From assembly GCA_965228735.1 (NCBI GenBank), contig OZ245838.1:6208001-6272000 (forward strand): 64,000 nt of DNA, given 5' to 3'. The position numbers and the translations under genes are program-made. This stretch comes from Planctomycetota bacterium. GTDB taxonomy: Bacteria; Planctomycetota; UBA1135; UBA2386. Positions within the stretch are counted from its first letter, which is position 1. Each line of letters starts with the position of its first letter. Of this stretch, positions 10,289-19,082 are shown in pieces. Under the pieces are notes generated by a model. The model ran no database searches. It saw nothing but the letters and a program-made list of their open reading frames with translations, and had not been told where the DNA came from.

Positions 10289-10370
10289 GGCCCCTGTTCA
10301 ACTCGGCCCAGCTCAACAGGGCCCAGCTCAACAGGGCCCAGGTCAACTCGGCCCCAGTTCAACTCGGTCC
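10289..10370. repeat. Five 15-16 bp tandem repeats (about GGCCCAGYTCAACWS) abutting the parE stop
   Basis: ggcccctgttcaactc / ggcccagctcaacag x2 / ggcccaggtcaactc / ggccccagttcaactc. Confidence 0.9.
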
Positions 10371-10679
10371 GGGATCGAGCCGCTCTCGCAGACGGGTCAG
10401 CAGATCCATGTTCTCGTGAAGCACCGCGAGGATCGTCAGCTTGCGGCGCCCTCGACGGACCGAGAACACGACGTGGTGCTCGCATCGCGAGGCGCGCAGT
10501 TGTGGCCAGTCTTCGAACGCTGTCTTCGTCCGGGCTTCGCCGTTGGCCAGGGCGTCGAAGTGCCCGGCCAAGGACGGCGCGTAGCGCCTGGATTGCCCGG
10601 CACCCCATCGTGCGGTTGTGTAGTCCGCAATGCTTTCGAGATCGTCTTCGGCGCCCGCGGCGAGTTCGTACTCATGCAT
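10359..10679 (-). CDS. parE: Type II toxin, RelE/ParE family
   Basis: AEDDLESIADYT..WG..Q, HHVVF, ILAVLHENMD. Confidence 0.9.
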   Translation of the reverse strand: MHEYELAAGAEDDLESIADYTTARWGAGQSRRYAPSLAGHFDALANGEARTKTAFEDWPQLRASRCEHHVVFSVRRGRRKLTILAVLHENMDLLTRLRERLDPGPS

Positions 10680-10950
10680 CGGGGCCGGCGGAGCGCTTCT
10701 CGGCCGCGTCGGCGAAGATGGCCTCGACGGACCGGTCGCTCACCTCGCCAGCATCGACTTGGGCCGCACGTTCCCGCAGCAGCGTTTCGAGCTCGGCAAG
10801 CGCCTCGCCGGCCTCGGTGCCGATCGTGCTCGCTAGTACGAACTCCTTGATGCTCTTGCCCTGCAGCGCCGCGAGGGCCTTGAGTCGGTGGCTCTGCTGC
10901 TCGGTCACTTCGATGGTGATTCGCTTCATGGGTGGCCGCTGGGTCGTCAT
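10672..10950 (-). CDS. Antitoxin partner (RHH-like N-terminus)
   Basis: MKRITIEVTEQQSHRLKALAALQGKSIKEFVL; overlaps toxin start; start 10950 or 10929. Confidence 0.85.
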   Translation of the reverse strand: MTTQRPPMKRITIEVTEQQSHRLKALAALQGKSIKEFVLASTIGTEAGEALAELETLLRERAAQVDAGEVSDRSVEAIFADAAEKRSAGPDA

Positions 10951-10959
10951 CGGCCATGC

Positions 10960-10988
10960 AAGATAGAGTGGACCCATAGAATTGTCAA
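10960..10988 (-). promoter_or_regulatory. Sigma70-type promoter of the first TA operon
   Basis: Minus strand TTGACA-17 nt-TATCTT, ending 9 nt before ATG 10950. Confidence 0.8.
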
Positions 10989-11041
10989 TTTGTGTGGTCT
11001 GGCGGCGCCCGATGAGGCGAGGTGTTGGCCTGCCCGGTTGA

Positions 11042-11096
11042 TGTTCCGATGTCATCGATAGGAGTGCACCAACCGGCGTCAAAACGCAGGCTCATC
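11042..11096. repeat. 55-bp direct repeat, copy 1
   Basis: 5 mismatches to 11979..12033; identical 31-bp core tgtcatcgataggagtgcaccaaccggcgtc. Confidence 0.93.
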
Positions 11097-11253
11097 ATCG
11101 TCGTTCTGGAAGAGACTTGGCTCTCCGCTGGCTCCGACCAAGGTGGCCGGCACCGGCGACGATCTAGCCGCTGGTCAGCTGCTGCCGATTTCCGACCGCG
11201 CGACGCTTCCCAGGCCCCGAGGGTCGTCAGTTCCGTTCGCGGCCCTGCGTCTC

Positions 11254-11547
11254 TCAGACGTGCCGTTCAGGGTCCATACTCCCGTGCAGCACTCGCTGAA
11301 CAACGACCTCAGTGTCGTCGAAGGTATAGAACGCAACATGCTTGCGGATGAGCTTCGACCGGTAGCCCTCGCGGATCGATTCGTGGTCCTGCCCTCGCTC
11401 TGGCGCCATGCCACATTCTCGAAGCCCGGCATCGATCTGGTCGAGATAGAGGTCGGCCTGCGCTTCGCCAAAGCGGCCGCAGCTCCACCGCCAGATCTCC
11501 CGAAGGTCGGCCTCGGCGCGCTCGCTGATGACCAGCGACCGCATCAA
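11254..11547 (-). CDS. parE: Type II toxin, ParE family
   Basis: SERAEADLREIW...FGEAQADLY, GYR, HVAFY, RVLHGSMD. Confidence 0.92.
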   Translation of the reverse strand: MMRSLVISERAEADLREIWRWSCGRFGEAQADLYLDQIDAGLRECGMAPERGQDHESIREGYRSKLIRKHVAFYTFDDTEVVVQRVLHGSMDPERHV

Positions 11548-11795
11548 GGTTCGAGGCCAGCTTCAGCGCGCGCCTCTCTCTTGATCTTGTCCATATCGAG
11601 CGGGCCGGCGATGCCGCTCTCTTCGCCCTCGATCAGGGCGTTGCGGAGCGCCTCAACCTTCTGCTCGTGTTCCTCGAGCAGGCGTAGGCCCGAACGGATG
11701 GCGTCTGTCGCGTTGGCGTAGCGGCCGGTCTTGATCAACGAAGCCACGAAGGTGTCGAAGTGGTCTCCGAGGATGAAGGATGTGTTCTTGGACAC
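11544..11795 (-). CDS. parD: ParD-family RHH antitoxin
   Basis: NTSFILGDHF...GRYANATDAIRSGLRLLE...LIEGEESG; GTG start with AAGGAGG SD. Confidence 0.92.
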   Translation of the reverse strand: MSKNTSFILGDHFDTFVASLIKTGRYANATDAIRSGLRLLEEHEQKVEALRNALIEGEESGIAGPLDMDKIKREARAEAGLEP

Positions 11796-11822
11796 GGGAG
11801 CCTCCTTGCAGCTGTTCTGGCC

Positions 11823-11843
11823 AGTATACCAGATAATGGTATA
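11823..11843 (-). promoter_or_regulatory. Inverted-repeat operator overlapping an extended -10 of parDE
   Basis: TATACCA-gataa-TGGTATA (11825..11843); minus strand reads TGgTATACT. Confidence 0.7.
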
Positions 11844-11978
11844 TCGGTCAGGCGAGTGAGCGGCTCGAGCGCTCGTCACGTTGAACGCCATGGATCGACC
11901 TGGTCCACGAGCTCGTCGCGGTAGGAGGCACAGCCCGTCGACCCTCGCGCCCGCTGCGGAACGCGCCGATTCGCGTAT

Positions 11979-12033
11979 TGCTCCGGTGTCATCGATAGGA
12001 GTGCACCAACCGGCGTCGAACCGCTGGCTCATC
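11979..12033. repeat. 55-bp direct repeat, copy 2
   Basis: Matches 11042..11096 at an offset of 937 bp. Confidence 0.93.
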
Positions 12034-12149
12034 CCACAAAAACCTCGATGGGCGGGTCGCGCCGCGGCCCTTGGTCAGAACCGAAGAGGCGCCCCGAAGG
12101 CGCGCGGCGAGGTCCTGACCGAGTTTGCCCGCTTCGCGGGCAACCTCGG

Positions 12150-13499
12150 TCAGAACTTGCCGACCGTGCCCACCATCGACGGGCTCGCGAGCATGCCGAG
12201 CGGGTTGGCCGCGGGTGCTGGGCCGAACGCCTGATGGAAGAACTGGACGCCGAGCAGGCCGATCGAGTTCGGGATCGCGAACTGGACGGTGGCGCGTCCG
12301 TTGCCCGACGGCGTGCCGAACACCGACGCCGCGGGGGCGATGTTCAGCGTGCACTGCGGCATGCCGATCGGCTGCAGTGACTGCGGCAACGGCTGGCCCG
12401 CGAACGTCTGATCGTCGAAGCCCATCGCGAGGATGCCGACGCCGAGCGGCAGCCCGGCGATGTCGACGGCCATCGTTCCGTCGAGCCAGGCGCGGGTCCA
12501 CGGCTCGCTGAGCTCGAGCGTGAGGGGGTTGGGGCCGGTGCAACCGGCCGCGTGCGGTTGGTAGGTCGCGGGATGGACGTCCGCGAGGTAGGACCAGGAG
12601 CTGAGCCCAGCACCGGGGGTGTAGCCGTAGCGGCGATTCCGGCGGCTGTCGTAGGCGCCGTTCCATGTGGCGAGGTAGCCCGTGCCCTGAACCCCGATTT
12701 GGTCCCAGCCGCCGTTGCCGTCGTACATGTAGGCTTCGATCACGGAGCCGTGCGCGTTGTGGTCGTGCCGCATCACGCGGCCGCGGTGGGCATCGAACCA
12801 CACCATCGTTGAGCCGAGCATCGGTCCCGAGTTGCCCATGTCGACCCAGCCGTTGATCGGGTCCCACTCCCAGGTCACCGCTTCTGCCTGGATCAAGGAG
12901 TTGAGAGGGGGCGGGTGGTGTTCATACCGACCGAACATGACCAGCTTGTCGCGCCGCGTATCATATGCGATGGGGCCATAGCGATAGAGGTTCAGGCTCT
13001 GTAAGCGCCGATTGGGGGGGCGATTCGCCGACGAATGAATCGTCTCGTTTCCGGCGTTCCATTCGAACACGTCGAAGCCACCGGTGACCGCGCCGACCGA
13101 AACTATGCTGCCGAGCGTTACATGGAAGACGGCAGGATCGGCGCTCGTCGGACCTGGTCCAGCAAACGCCCACGAGGTCCCGTCCCATTCCCAGGCTTCC
13201 GGCCCGTTCGTTGTTGAGATGAACAGTACGGTCACTGAGCGGGTAGAGTCGAAGACCGGCACCGTCGATGCGTATGAGGACGGGATGAGAGGCGGTCGAG
13301 GCTGCCAGCTGGTCCCGTCGAACTCCTCGAGGGATCCGGGTCGGTGCGCGATCAACCGATCCCGGGCTGAGTCGTACACGAAGTTGCCGCCTATGCTCGG
13401 CGGTGGCGCTGGTGTCCAAGCGACCTGCGCGGCCAACGGCATCGCCGTGACGACGATCGCACAACCCCAATTCAGAACGCGCAGCACACTGGCAAGCAT
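12150..13499 (-). CDS. Secreted kelch/propeller-like protein with shared C-terminal domain
   Basis: Signal peptide PLAA|Q; repeated YDSARDR/WEWDG units; C-terminal IPNSIGLLGVQFFHQAF...ANPLG. Confidence 0.8.
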   Translation of the reverse strand: MLASVLRVLNWGCAIVVTAMPLAAQVAWTPAPPPSIGGNFVYDSARDRLIAHRPGSLEEFDGTSWQPRPPLIPSSYASTVPVFDSTRSVTVLFISTTNGPEAWEWDGTSWAFAGPGPTSADPAVFHVTLGSIVSVGAVTGGFDVFEWNAGNETIHSSANRPPNRRLQSLNLYRYGPIAYDTRRDKLVMFGRYEHHPPPLNSLIQAEAVTWEWDPINGWVDMGNSGPMLGSTMVWFDAHRGRVMRHDHNAHGSVIEAYMYDGNGGWDQIGVQGTGYLATWNGAYDSRRNRRYGYTPGAGLSSWSYLADVHPATYQPHAAGCTGPNPLTLELSEPWTRAWLDGTMAVDIAGLPLGVGILAMGFDDQTFAGQPLPQSLQPIGMPQCTLNIAPAASVFGTPSGNGRATVQFAIPNSIGLLGVQFFHQAFGPAPAANPLGMLASPSMVGTVGKF

Positions 13500-13571
13500 G
13501 CGGCAGGTCGCGCATTCGAGCAATCCCCGCTGCCTTGGTCGCTGGCCGATTGCCGTGGTACCGTGTCAGGC

Positions 13572-13823
13572 ATGCACGAGCCGATCGCGGCGGACCTACG
13601 ACAGCAACTCGAAGCCCTGGCGCAGGAGCGTGGGGCGACCGTGGACGGCCTGCTGCGTGAGCTCCTCCGCCGGGCTCGACTCGAGACCGGCCCGAGCCGT
13701 GAACACGGTGAGCGCGACTGTTTCGAACTCGCGCAGGCGTCAGGCGTGATCGGCGCGGTCGCAAACACGCCTCGCGATCTGAGCTCGAACCCGGATCGAC
13801 TCGACGGCTTCGGCCGCGAGTGA
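13572..13823 (+). CDS. Orphan antitoxin-like protein
   Basis: RHH-like QLEALAQERGATVDGLLRELL and C-terminal DLSSNPDRLDGFG; no toxin gene follows. Confidence 0.6.
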   Translation: MHEPIAADLRQQLEALAQERGATVDGLLRELLRRARLETGPSREHGERDCFELAQASGVIGAVANTPRDLSSNPDRLDGFGRE

Positions 13824-13860
13824 GCGCCGTTCGGTAGCGCTGGCTCCCGCAGGCGTCCCG

Positions 13861-14523
13861 CTACGCCTGCTTCTGCGCCACGAACAAGCTGTCCACGTAG
13901 CGCTTGTTGGTCCAGAACGGTTCGCCCGCGATCTCCTCGTCGACGACGCGACGCGGCCCGTCGTGCACCGCGTGCACCACGTCATGCATGAGCAGCAGGC
14001 CGCCGGGCTTGAGGCGCGGCGCCCAGTCGCGGTAGTCGCGCAGCACGGACTCGTAGGCGTGATCGCCGTCGAGGAAGAGCAGGTCGATGTCGCCCTCGAA
14101 GTCCGTCGCGACGTCGTGACTCAGACCCGCGCGCACTTCGATCACATCGCGCAGCCCGGCCGCCTGCAGGTTGCCCTCGAACGAGCTGCGCAGCGGACCA
14201 TCGATGCGACCCTGGCGGCCGTGGTAGTCGGCGAGACTCTCGGCGTCGCCCGACGCGTCGAACGGATCGATGCAGATCAGCCGCGCGTCCGTCTTGCCCT
14301 CGAGCCCGCGCGCGATGCAGATGCTGCTCTTGCCCTGCCAGCTGCCGATCTCGACTGCGACCGCACCGTCCTGCAGTGACTTGCTGCACTCATAGAGGGT
14401 GATCGCCTCATCGACCGTGAGCCAGCCGTCGACCGACACGTAGGGCAGCAGCGCGTGGTAGCGCAGGCCGCGCATCAGGAGCCGGGCGCGCGTGCCGAGG
14501 CGGAGGGGGCGTCGGGTCTGCAT
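13861..14523 (-). CDS. Class I SAM-dependent methyltransferase (Methyltransf_24-like)
   Basis: VEIGSWQGKS, IDPF, IDLLFLDGDHAYE, LKPGGLLLMHD. Confidence 0.88.
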   Translation of the reverse strand: MQTRRPLRLGTRARLLMRGLRYHALLPYVSVDGWLTVDEAITLYECSKSLQDGAVAVEIGSWQGKSSICIARGLEGKTDARLICIDPFDASGDAESLADYHGRQGRIDGPLRSSFEGNLQAAGLRDVIEVRAGLSHDVATDFEGDIDLLFLDGDHAYESVLRDYRDWAPRLKPGGLLLMHDVVHAVHDGPRRVVDEEIAGEPFWTNKRYVDSLFVAQKQA

Positions 14524-14619
14524 CGTCCGTGGTATCGGCGTTCTCGGGGCTTGTCCTGAACCCGTCAATCGAGCTGCCTAGAACAAGGAATGCCTGAAAA
14601 TGCCAATTATTGACATCCA

Positions 14620-14628
14620 TGCTATACT
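14620..14628 (+). promoter_or_regulatory. Extended -10 (TGcTATACT) 7 nt before ATG 14636; probable leaderless promoter
   Basis: atgctatacttcggaccATG read directly. Confidence 0.6.
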
Positions 14629-14635
14629 TCGGACC

Positions 14636-14953
14636 ATGGCCGACTCGAAGGAACGCGGCGGCAAGACCGTCGGGATGAACGTGTCCTTGCCGACCGAACT
14701 CGCGCGGGCAGTCCGTTCGACGGTCGACGGCGGCCTGTACGCCTCGTCGAGCGAGGTCATTCGCGAGGCCCTCCGGCGGTTCTTCGCGGCCCCGTTGCCG
14801 CAGCGCGACGCGGCTCTGGCCGAGCGGCAGCACGCCGGACTCGATGCGCTCATCGAGCAGATCCGGTCGCTGCCGCCGACCCAGCCACCGAACGACGGAT
14901 TGGCTGGCAGCAGCGATCACGATGCCGTGCTCTACGGACCGGACCGGTCGTGA
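14636..14953 (+). CDS. RHH antitoxin (ParD-like N-terminus) paired with a PIN toxin
   Basis: MNVSLPTEL...GLYASSSEVIREALR; C-terminal SSDHDAVLYG; stop overlaps toxin GTG. Confidence 0.85.
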   Translation: MADSKERGGKTVGMNVSLPTELARAVRSTVDGGLYASSSEVIREALRRFFAAPLPQRDAALAERQHAGLDALIEQIRSLPPTQPPNDGLAGSSDHDAVLYGPDRS

Positions 14954-15363
14954 TCTTCGTCGACACGAGCGCCTGGTTTGCGCTGCTGGTGCCAGAAGAT
15001 CACAACCACGAACGGGCGTGCGGACAGCACGAGCGAATCCGAGGGCGCGTTCTCGCGACCTCGAGCTTCGTGCTCGACGAGTTGTTCACCCTCTTGAGAG
15101 CCCGTGGCGCCGCGGATCGGGTCGCCGAAGCGGGTGCGTTCTTGTTGGACCCCGAGTACGTGTTCGTCGAGCACGTCGGTCGGGCGGAGTTCATGGCGAG
15201 TTGGGCGCTCTTTCAGCGGTTCTCGGACAAGGGGTGGAGCTTCACCGACTGTTCGAGCTTCGTGCTCATGAATCGGCTCGGGGTCGATGCAGCGTTTGCG
15301 TTCGATCGGCACTTCGAGCAGTACGGCGTCGTGCCGGTCTTGAGCGCCTGGTTACCCGACTGA
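14950..15363 (+). CDS. vapC: VapC/PIN-domain toxin
   Basis: IFVDTSAW, VLDE, SFTDCSSF, AFDRHF. Confidence 0.93.
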   Translation: MIFVDTSAWFALLVPEDHNHERACGQHERIRGRVLATSSFVLDELFTLLRARGAADRVAEAGAFLLDPEYVFVEHVGRAEFMASWALFQRFSDKGWSFTDCSSFVLMNRLGVDAAFAFDRHFEQYGVVPVLSAWLPD

Positions 15364-15423
15364 CGGTCGGGGGGAGCGCGTTCCGCTGCGACAGGGGCCA
15401 GGCCTGGAGGCGTTGGGGCTGGC

Positions 15424-16800
15424 TCAGGGCTCGTCGCGCACCGACAGCGGCCAGGCCGGGCCGGGGCGGTAGCTCGAGCCGAGGCCGGTCGGGGCCGGGC
15501 CCGCGAGTCGCGATTCGATGGCGCGCACGAAGCCGCCGAGGCCGTTGTGATCCGGTTCGTCCGGGTCGCACCAGACGTGGTGCTGCTGGATCAGGTGCGT
15601 GAGGAGGCGTTCGCGCAGCGTGCTCGCGGGGTCCTCGGTGAGTGCCAGCTGCAGCAGTTCGGGGAACGCCGCGGGCGCGCCGCGATGCGTGACACCAGGC
15701 AACGCGAACAGCGCGCGGCCCGTGTGGATCGTCGGTGTGCCGGCCAGCAGGCTCGTCGTCGCGGCCGGGTGGTTGATCGAGAACGTCGCGGCCGCGCTCG
15801 CGGCGACGGTGTGCGCGTGGCGCGCGGCGACGACCTCGACCTCGGGCGGCTGGTGCAGTTCGGCGAGCAGGTCGGACGGCAGACCGTCGGACGGCGCGGT
15901 GATCACGATCCCCAGCCCCGGATCGACGGCGCGCGCGGCGCGGATCGCGGCCTGCACCAGGTCGCGCGCCGGCACCGGCGCGGCATCGAGCCGCACGCGT
16001 TCGTCGGTGTCGGACTGCAACAGAACGGCGACGTGGTGGGGGCGCGCGAGCGCGAGGTTGTGCTGCACGAGCGGACGCGTCACGCCGTTGGCGCGGCGCC
16101 AGCCGGTGAGCGCATGGCGGATCGCGGCGAGGCCCTGCGGCGCCGCCCGGATGGCGTCGAGCAGGCGGGCGGACAACGCCGGCGGCGTGATCTCACTGCG
16201 CGCGAGGCCGAACGGGCGCGCGCCCGACAGCGTGTGCGCGAGGCTCGCCGCGAGCAGCTGCGGGTCGCGCGGTTCGTCGCGATACTCCCAGGCCTCGCGC
16301 GCGGCCGCCGCGCTGTCGGCGTCGAGGCCGCGGGCGTCGAGCTGCATCGTGCCGGGCAGCAGACCGTCGCCGGTCCATAACGTCGTGATGCCGAGCTCGC
16401 GCGCCGCGAACTGCAGCAGCCGGCGCTCTGCCGTGCGGGCGCCGTGCAGCAGCACGAGCTGCGGGCGCTGCTCGGTGAGCCACTCGAGCACCGCGGGGAA
16501 GAGGCCCTGCAGGTCGCGTTCGAGCCGCGCCATGGTGCGCCGGCCGGGCGCGGTGTCGCGGTCGAGGCCGCGGCGCCGGCACTCGGTCGCGGCGAGTTCG
16601 GTGACGGGCGCGTCCGGACCGCGGGTCGTCGCCTTGCGCATCCGCACCGCTGGCTGCACCTGCGCGCGCCAGAACGAATGGGCGACGGGATCGAGCGACA
16701 GCGCGTCGACCTGGTGGCCACGCTGCACGAGTTCGCGCCCGAGGCGGTCGTGCAGATGGAAGCGGGCGATGCCCGGGTCGGCGAAGACGATGCAGCCCAT
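15424..16800 (-). CDS. KpsS-like capsule polysaccharide biosynthesis protein (divergent)
   Basis: GDGLLPGTMQLDARG, VLLQSDTD, SINH, GRALFA resemble KpsS blocks. Confidence 0.65.
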   Translation of the reverse strand: MGCIVFADPGIARFHLHDRLGRELVQRGHQVDALSLDPVAHSFWRAQVQPAVRMRKATTRGPDAPVTELAATECRRRGLDRDTAPGRRTMARLERDLQGLFPAVLEWLTEQRPQLVLLHGARTAERRLLQFAARELGITTLWTGDGLLPGTMQLDARGLDADSAAAAREAWEYRDEPRDPQLLAASLAHTLSGARPFGLARSEITPPALSARLLDAIRAAPQGLAAIRHALTGWRRANGVTRPLVQHNLALARPHHVAVLLQSDTDERVRLDAAPVPARDLVQAAIRAARAVDPGLGIVITAPSDGLPSDLLAELHQPPEVEVVAARHAHTVAASAAATFSINHPAATTSLLAGTPTIHTGRALFALPGVTHRGAPAAFPELLQLALTEDPASTLRERLLTHLIQQHHVWCDPDEPDHNGLGGFVRAIESRLAGPAPTGLGSSYRPGPAWPLSVRDEP

Positions 16801-16997
16801 GCTCTCATGGCATGGATCGACCAGCGCGGACAGGCGGCTTGACCGGGGGCTTTACGGCCCGGCGAGCGCGGCGCCGTAACCCCGATGAGACCCGCGCATA
16901 GCACCGCTTCGGCCGGTAGGATCCCTGGCCTGCTCCGCACCTGGCCGGGCGCGTCGGTCACGTTGCTCCAGGCCCACCCTCGCTGAGGATTCCACCT

Positions 16998-18902
16998 ATG
17001 TCGCGATCGTTCTCCCTGGCCCTCCTGGCCGCCTCGCTGCCCTGCGCGTTCGTCGACGCCCAGACCCTGCCGACCGGTTTCGTGAACGAGACGATGGTCA
17101 GCTCGGGCCTCACGGCGCCGCACGACTTCTGCTTCCTGCCGGACGGCCGCGTGCTCATCGCCAACCGGCCGGGCGGCGTGACGCTCTGGGTCGGCGGCTC
17201 GTCCGTTTCGACCGTCGGCAACGTCGCGAACGTGCTGACCGGCAGCGAGCGCGGTCTGCTCAGCATCGAGCCGGACCCGAACTTCCCGACCAACGGCTAC
17301 ATCTACGTCTGGTACTCGAGCACGCAGGACTCGTTCATGCACCTCGACCGGTTCACCTGCACGGGTGACCTGAGCAACCCGGCGAGCACCAACCTGTCGT
17401 TCTCGACGGCGAGCCGGCGCGTGATCCTCGCGGCGGTGCCCGACAACGCGTTCAACCACAACGGCGGCTCGGCGCGCTTCGGTCCGGACGGCATGCTCTA
17501 CATGTGCATCGGTGACGACGCCAACAACTGCACCGCGCAGAACACGTCGTCGCAGCTCGGCTGTCTGCTGCGCATGGATCTCTCGGCGCTGCCCGCGGGC
17601 GGCAGTCTGACCGCGCCGTCGTTCTCGACGCTCGATCCGGGCACCAATCCGCTGAGCAACAATAACGACATCAGCCAGCTCTTGATCGCCTACGGGTTGC
17701 GCAACCCGTTCCGCATGGAGATCGACCAGGTCACCGGCAGCCTCTACATCGGCGACGTCGGGCAGAACGCGGTCGAGGAGTACAGCGAATACGTCTACCC
17801 CGTCACCGGGCCGCTGCCGCTGCGCAACTTCGGCTGGCCGTGGCGCGAGGGCAACAACACGTTCAGCGGCTGCGGCGGCAGCGCGCCGGGTGGCCTCGTG
17901 CCGCCGATCGCGGCGGTCAACCAGGGCGGCGGCTGGGCCTCCGTGATGGGCGGCCCGCGCTACCGCAATCAGGGTGGCACGTTCGATTTCGGTCCGAGCT
18001 ACGAAGGCGTCGCGTTCTTCCACGACTACTACGCCGGGCAGATGCGCGCGCTCGAGTTCAACGGTTCGACGTGGTCGACGCTGCCGCCGGTCGCGGGGCA
18101 GCCCGGCGCGTGGTGGGCCACCGGCTTCTCGCGCGTCACGGCCGTGCGCCAGGGTCCGGACGGTGCGCTCTACTACACGCAGCGTTCGGGCAGCTCGACG
18201 AGCGGCGGCACGTTCGAACGCTTCCGGCCGCTCGGTCCGACCAACAGCGTGGTCTCGGTCAGCGGTGAGTCGCAGCGCACCACGATCGGTGAGACCTTCG
18301 CGCAGCCGTTCCGCGTGCAGGTGCTCGACACGATGAACCAGCCGCTCGCCGGCGGCACGGTGAACTTCAACCTCACGGGCAGCGGCTCGCTGTCGACGAC
18401 CAACCCGGTGATCGCGGACAGCAACGGGTTCGCGCAGACGACGGTCACGGCCGGCACGGGCGGCGGCGGCATCACCGTCACCGCGTCGACCCCGGGTTCG
18501 CAGACCACCGCCGCGGCCAGCCTGTTCGCGCGCAAGCTCAACATGATCCAGGCCGGCACGCTGTCGGTCCTGACCGTGACCAACATCACCACGGCGCCGA
18601 CGCCGCAGGTGCCCTACGTGATCATGGTCGGTTTCCCCGGTGCGCCGGGCGTCACGATCCCCGGCTACGGCTTCCTCTGCGCGGACCCGGCGTCGGCGCT
18701 CACGATCATCATCGAGGACGGCACGGGCATCTTCGGCGGGGTGTCCTACTCGGGCACGGGTGGCACCGGCTCGCCCAACCTGACGAAGATCTACAACCTG
18801 CCGCCGGGGCTGCTCACCGGCCTGCAGCTGAACTTCACGGGCGTGGGCTTCGACGCGGTGGACGGCCCGTTCCTGCTCAACTGCGACACCGAGCAGTACT
18901 AA
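16998..18902 (+). CDS. Secreted PQQ-dependent glucose/sorbosone dehydrogenase family protein with Ig-like and shared C-terminal domains
   Basis: VDA|Q signal; FLPDGR, ERGLL, HNGG..FGPDG.LY..GD, YGLRNPFR, DVGQ..EE, NFGWP. Confidence 0.88.
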   Translation: MSRSFSLALLAASLPCAFVDAQTLPTGFVNETMVSSGLTAPHDFCFLPDGRVLIANRPGGVTLWVGGSSVSTVGNVANVLTGSERGLLSIEPDPNFPTNGYIYVWYSSTQDSFMHLDRFTCTGDLSNPASTNLSFSTASRRVILAAVPDNAFNHNGGSARFGPDGMLYMCIGDDANNCTAQNTSSQLGCLLRMDLSALPAGGSLTAPSFSTLDPGTNPLSNNNDISQLLIAYGLRNPFRMEIDQVTGSLYIGDVGQNAVEEYSEYVYPVTGPLPLRNFGWPWREGNNTFSGCGGSAPGGLVPPIAAVNQGGGWASVMGGPRYRNQGGTFDFGPSYEGVAFFHDYYAGQMRALEFNGSTWSTLPPVAGQPGAWWATGFSRVTAVRQGPDGALYYTQRSGSSTSGGTFERFRPLGPTNSVVSVSGESQRTTIGETFAQPFRVQVLDTMNQPLAGGTVNFNLTGSGSLSTTNPVIADSNGFAQTTVTAGTGGGGITVTASTPGSQTTAAASLFARKLNMIQAGTLSVLTVTNITTAPTPQVPYVIMVGFPGAPGVTIPGYGFLCADPASALTIIIEDGTGIFGGVSYSGTGGTGSPNLTKIYNLPPGLLTGLQLNFTGVGFDAVDGPFLLNCDTEQY

Positions 18903-18915
18903 CGACCGCGCCCGG

Positions 18916-18996
18916 CGTACGGTACGCGGTTCGAGCTGCCGGGGAGCCTGCGGCTTCGCCGCCGGTTCCCCGGCAGTTCGAACCCGGTACCGTACG
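18916..18996. repeat. Palindromic repeat family, divergent copy
   Basis: Arm cgtacggtacgcggttcgagctgccgggga pairs with tccccggcagttcgaacccggtaccgtacg. Confidence 0.8.
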
Positions 18997-19082
18997 GATC
19001 ACGACTGGTGGCCCCTTGACCCGCGGCGGCGGATCCGGATGATGCTCCGCCCCTTTTTCCCTCCCGCTTCCCCGCCCGTCCG

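Noticed and set aside
10289..10370. Integron attC sites (GTTRRRY-like heptamers in the tandem repeat)
   Set aside because: All heptamers face one way, no paired inverse-core/core hairpin follows a gene, and no integrase is present.
11796..12032. Long N-terminal extension of ParD
   Set aside because: GTG 11795 has a strong SD and a promoter/operator just upstream; the extension runs through them and the direct repeat.
14610..14615. TTGACA as the -35 of the vapBC-like promoter
   Set aside because: It is only 7 nt from TATACT, incompatible with sigma70 spacing; the extended -10 explains the promoter better.
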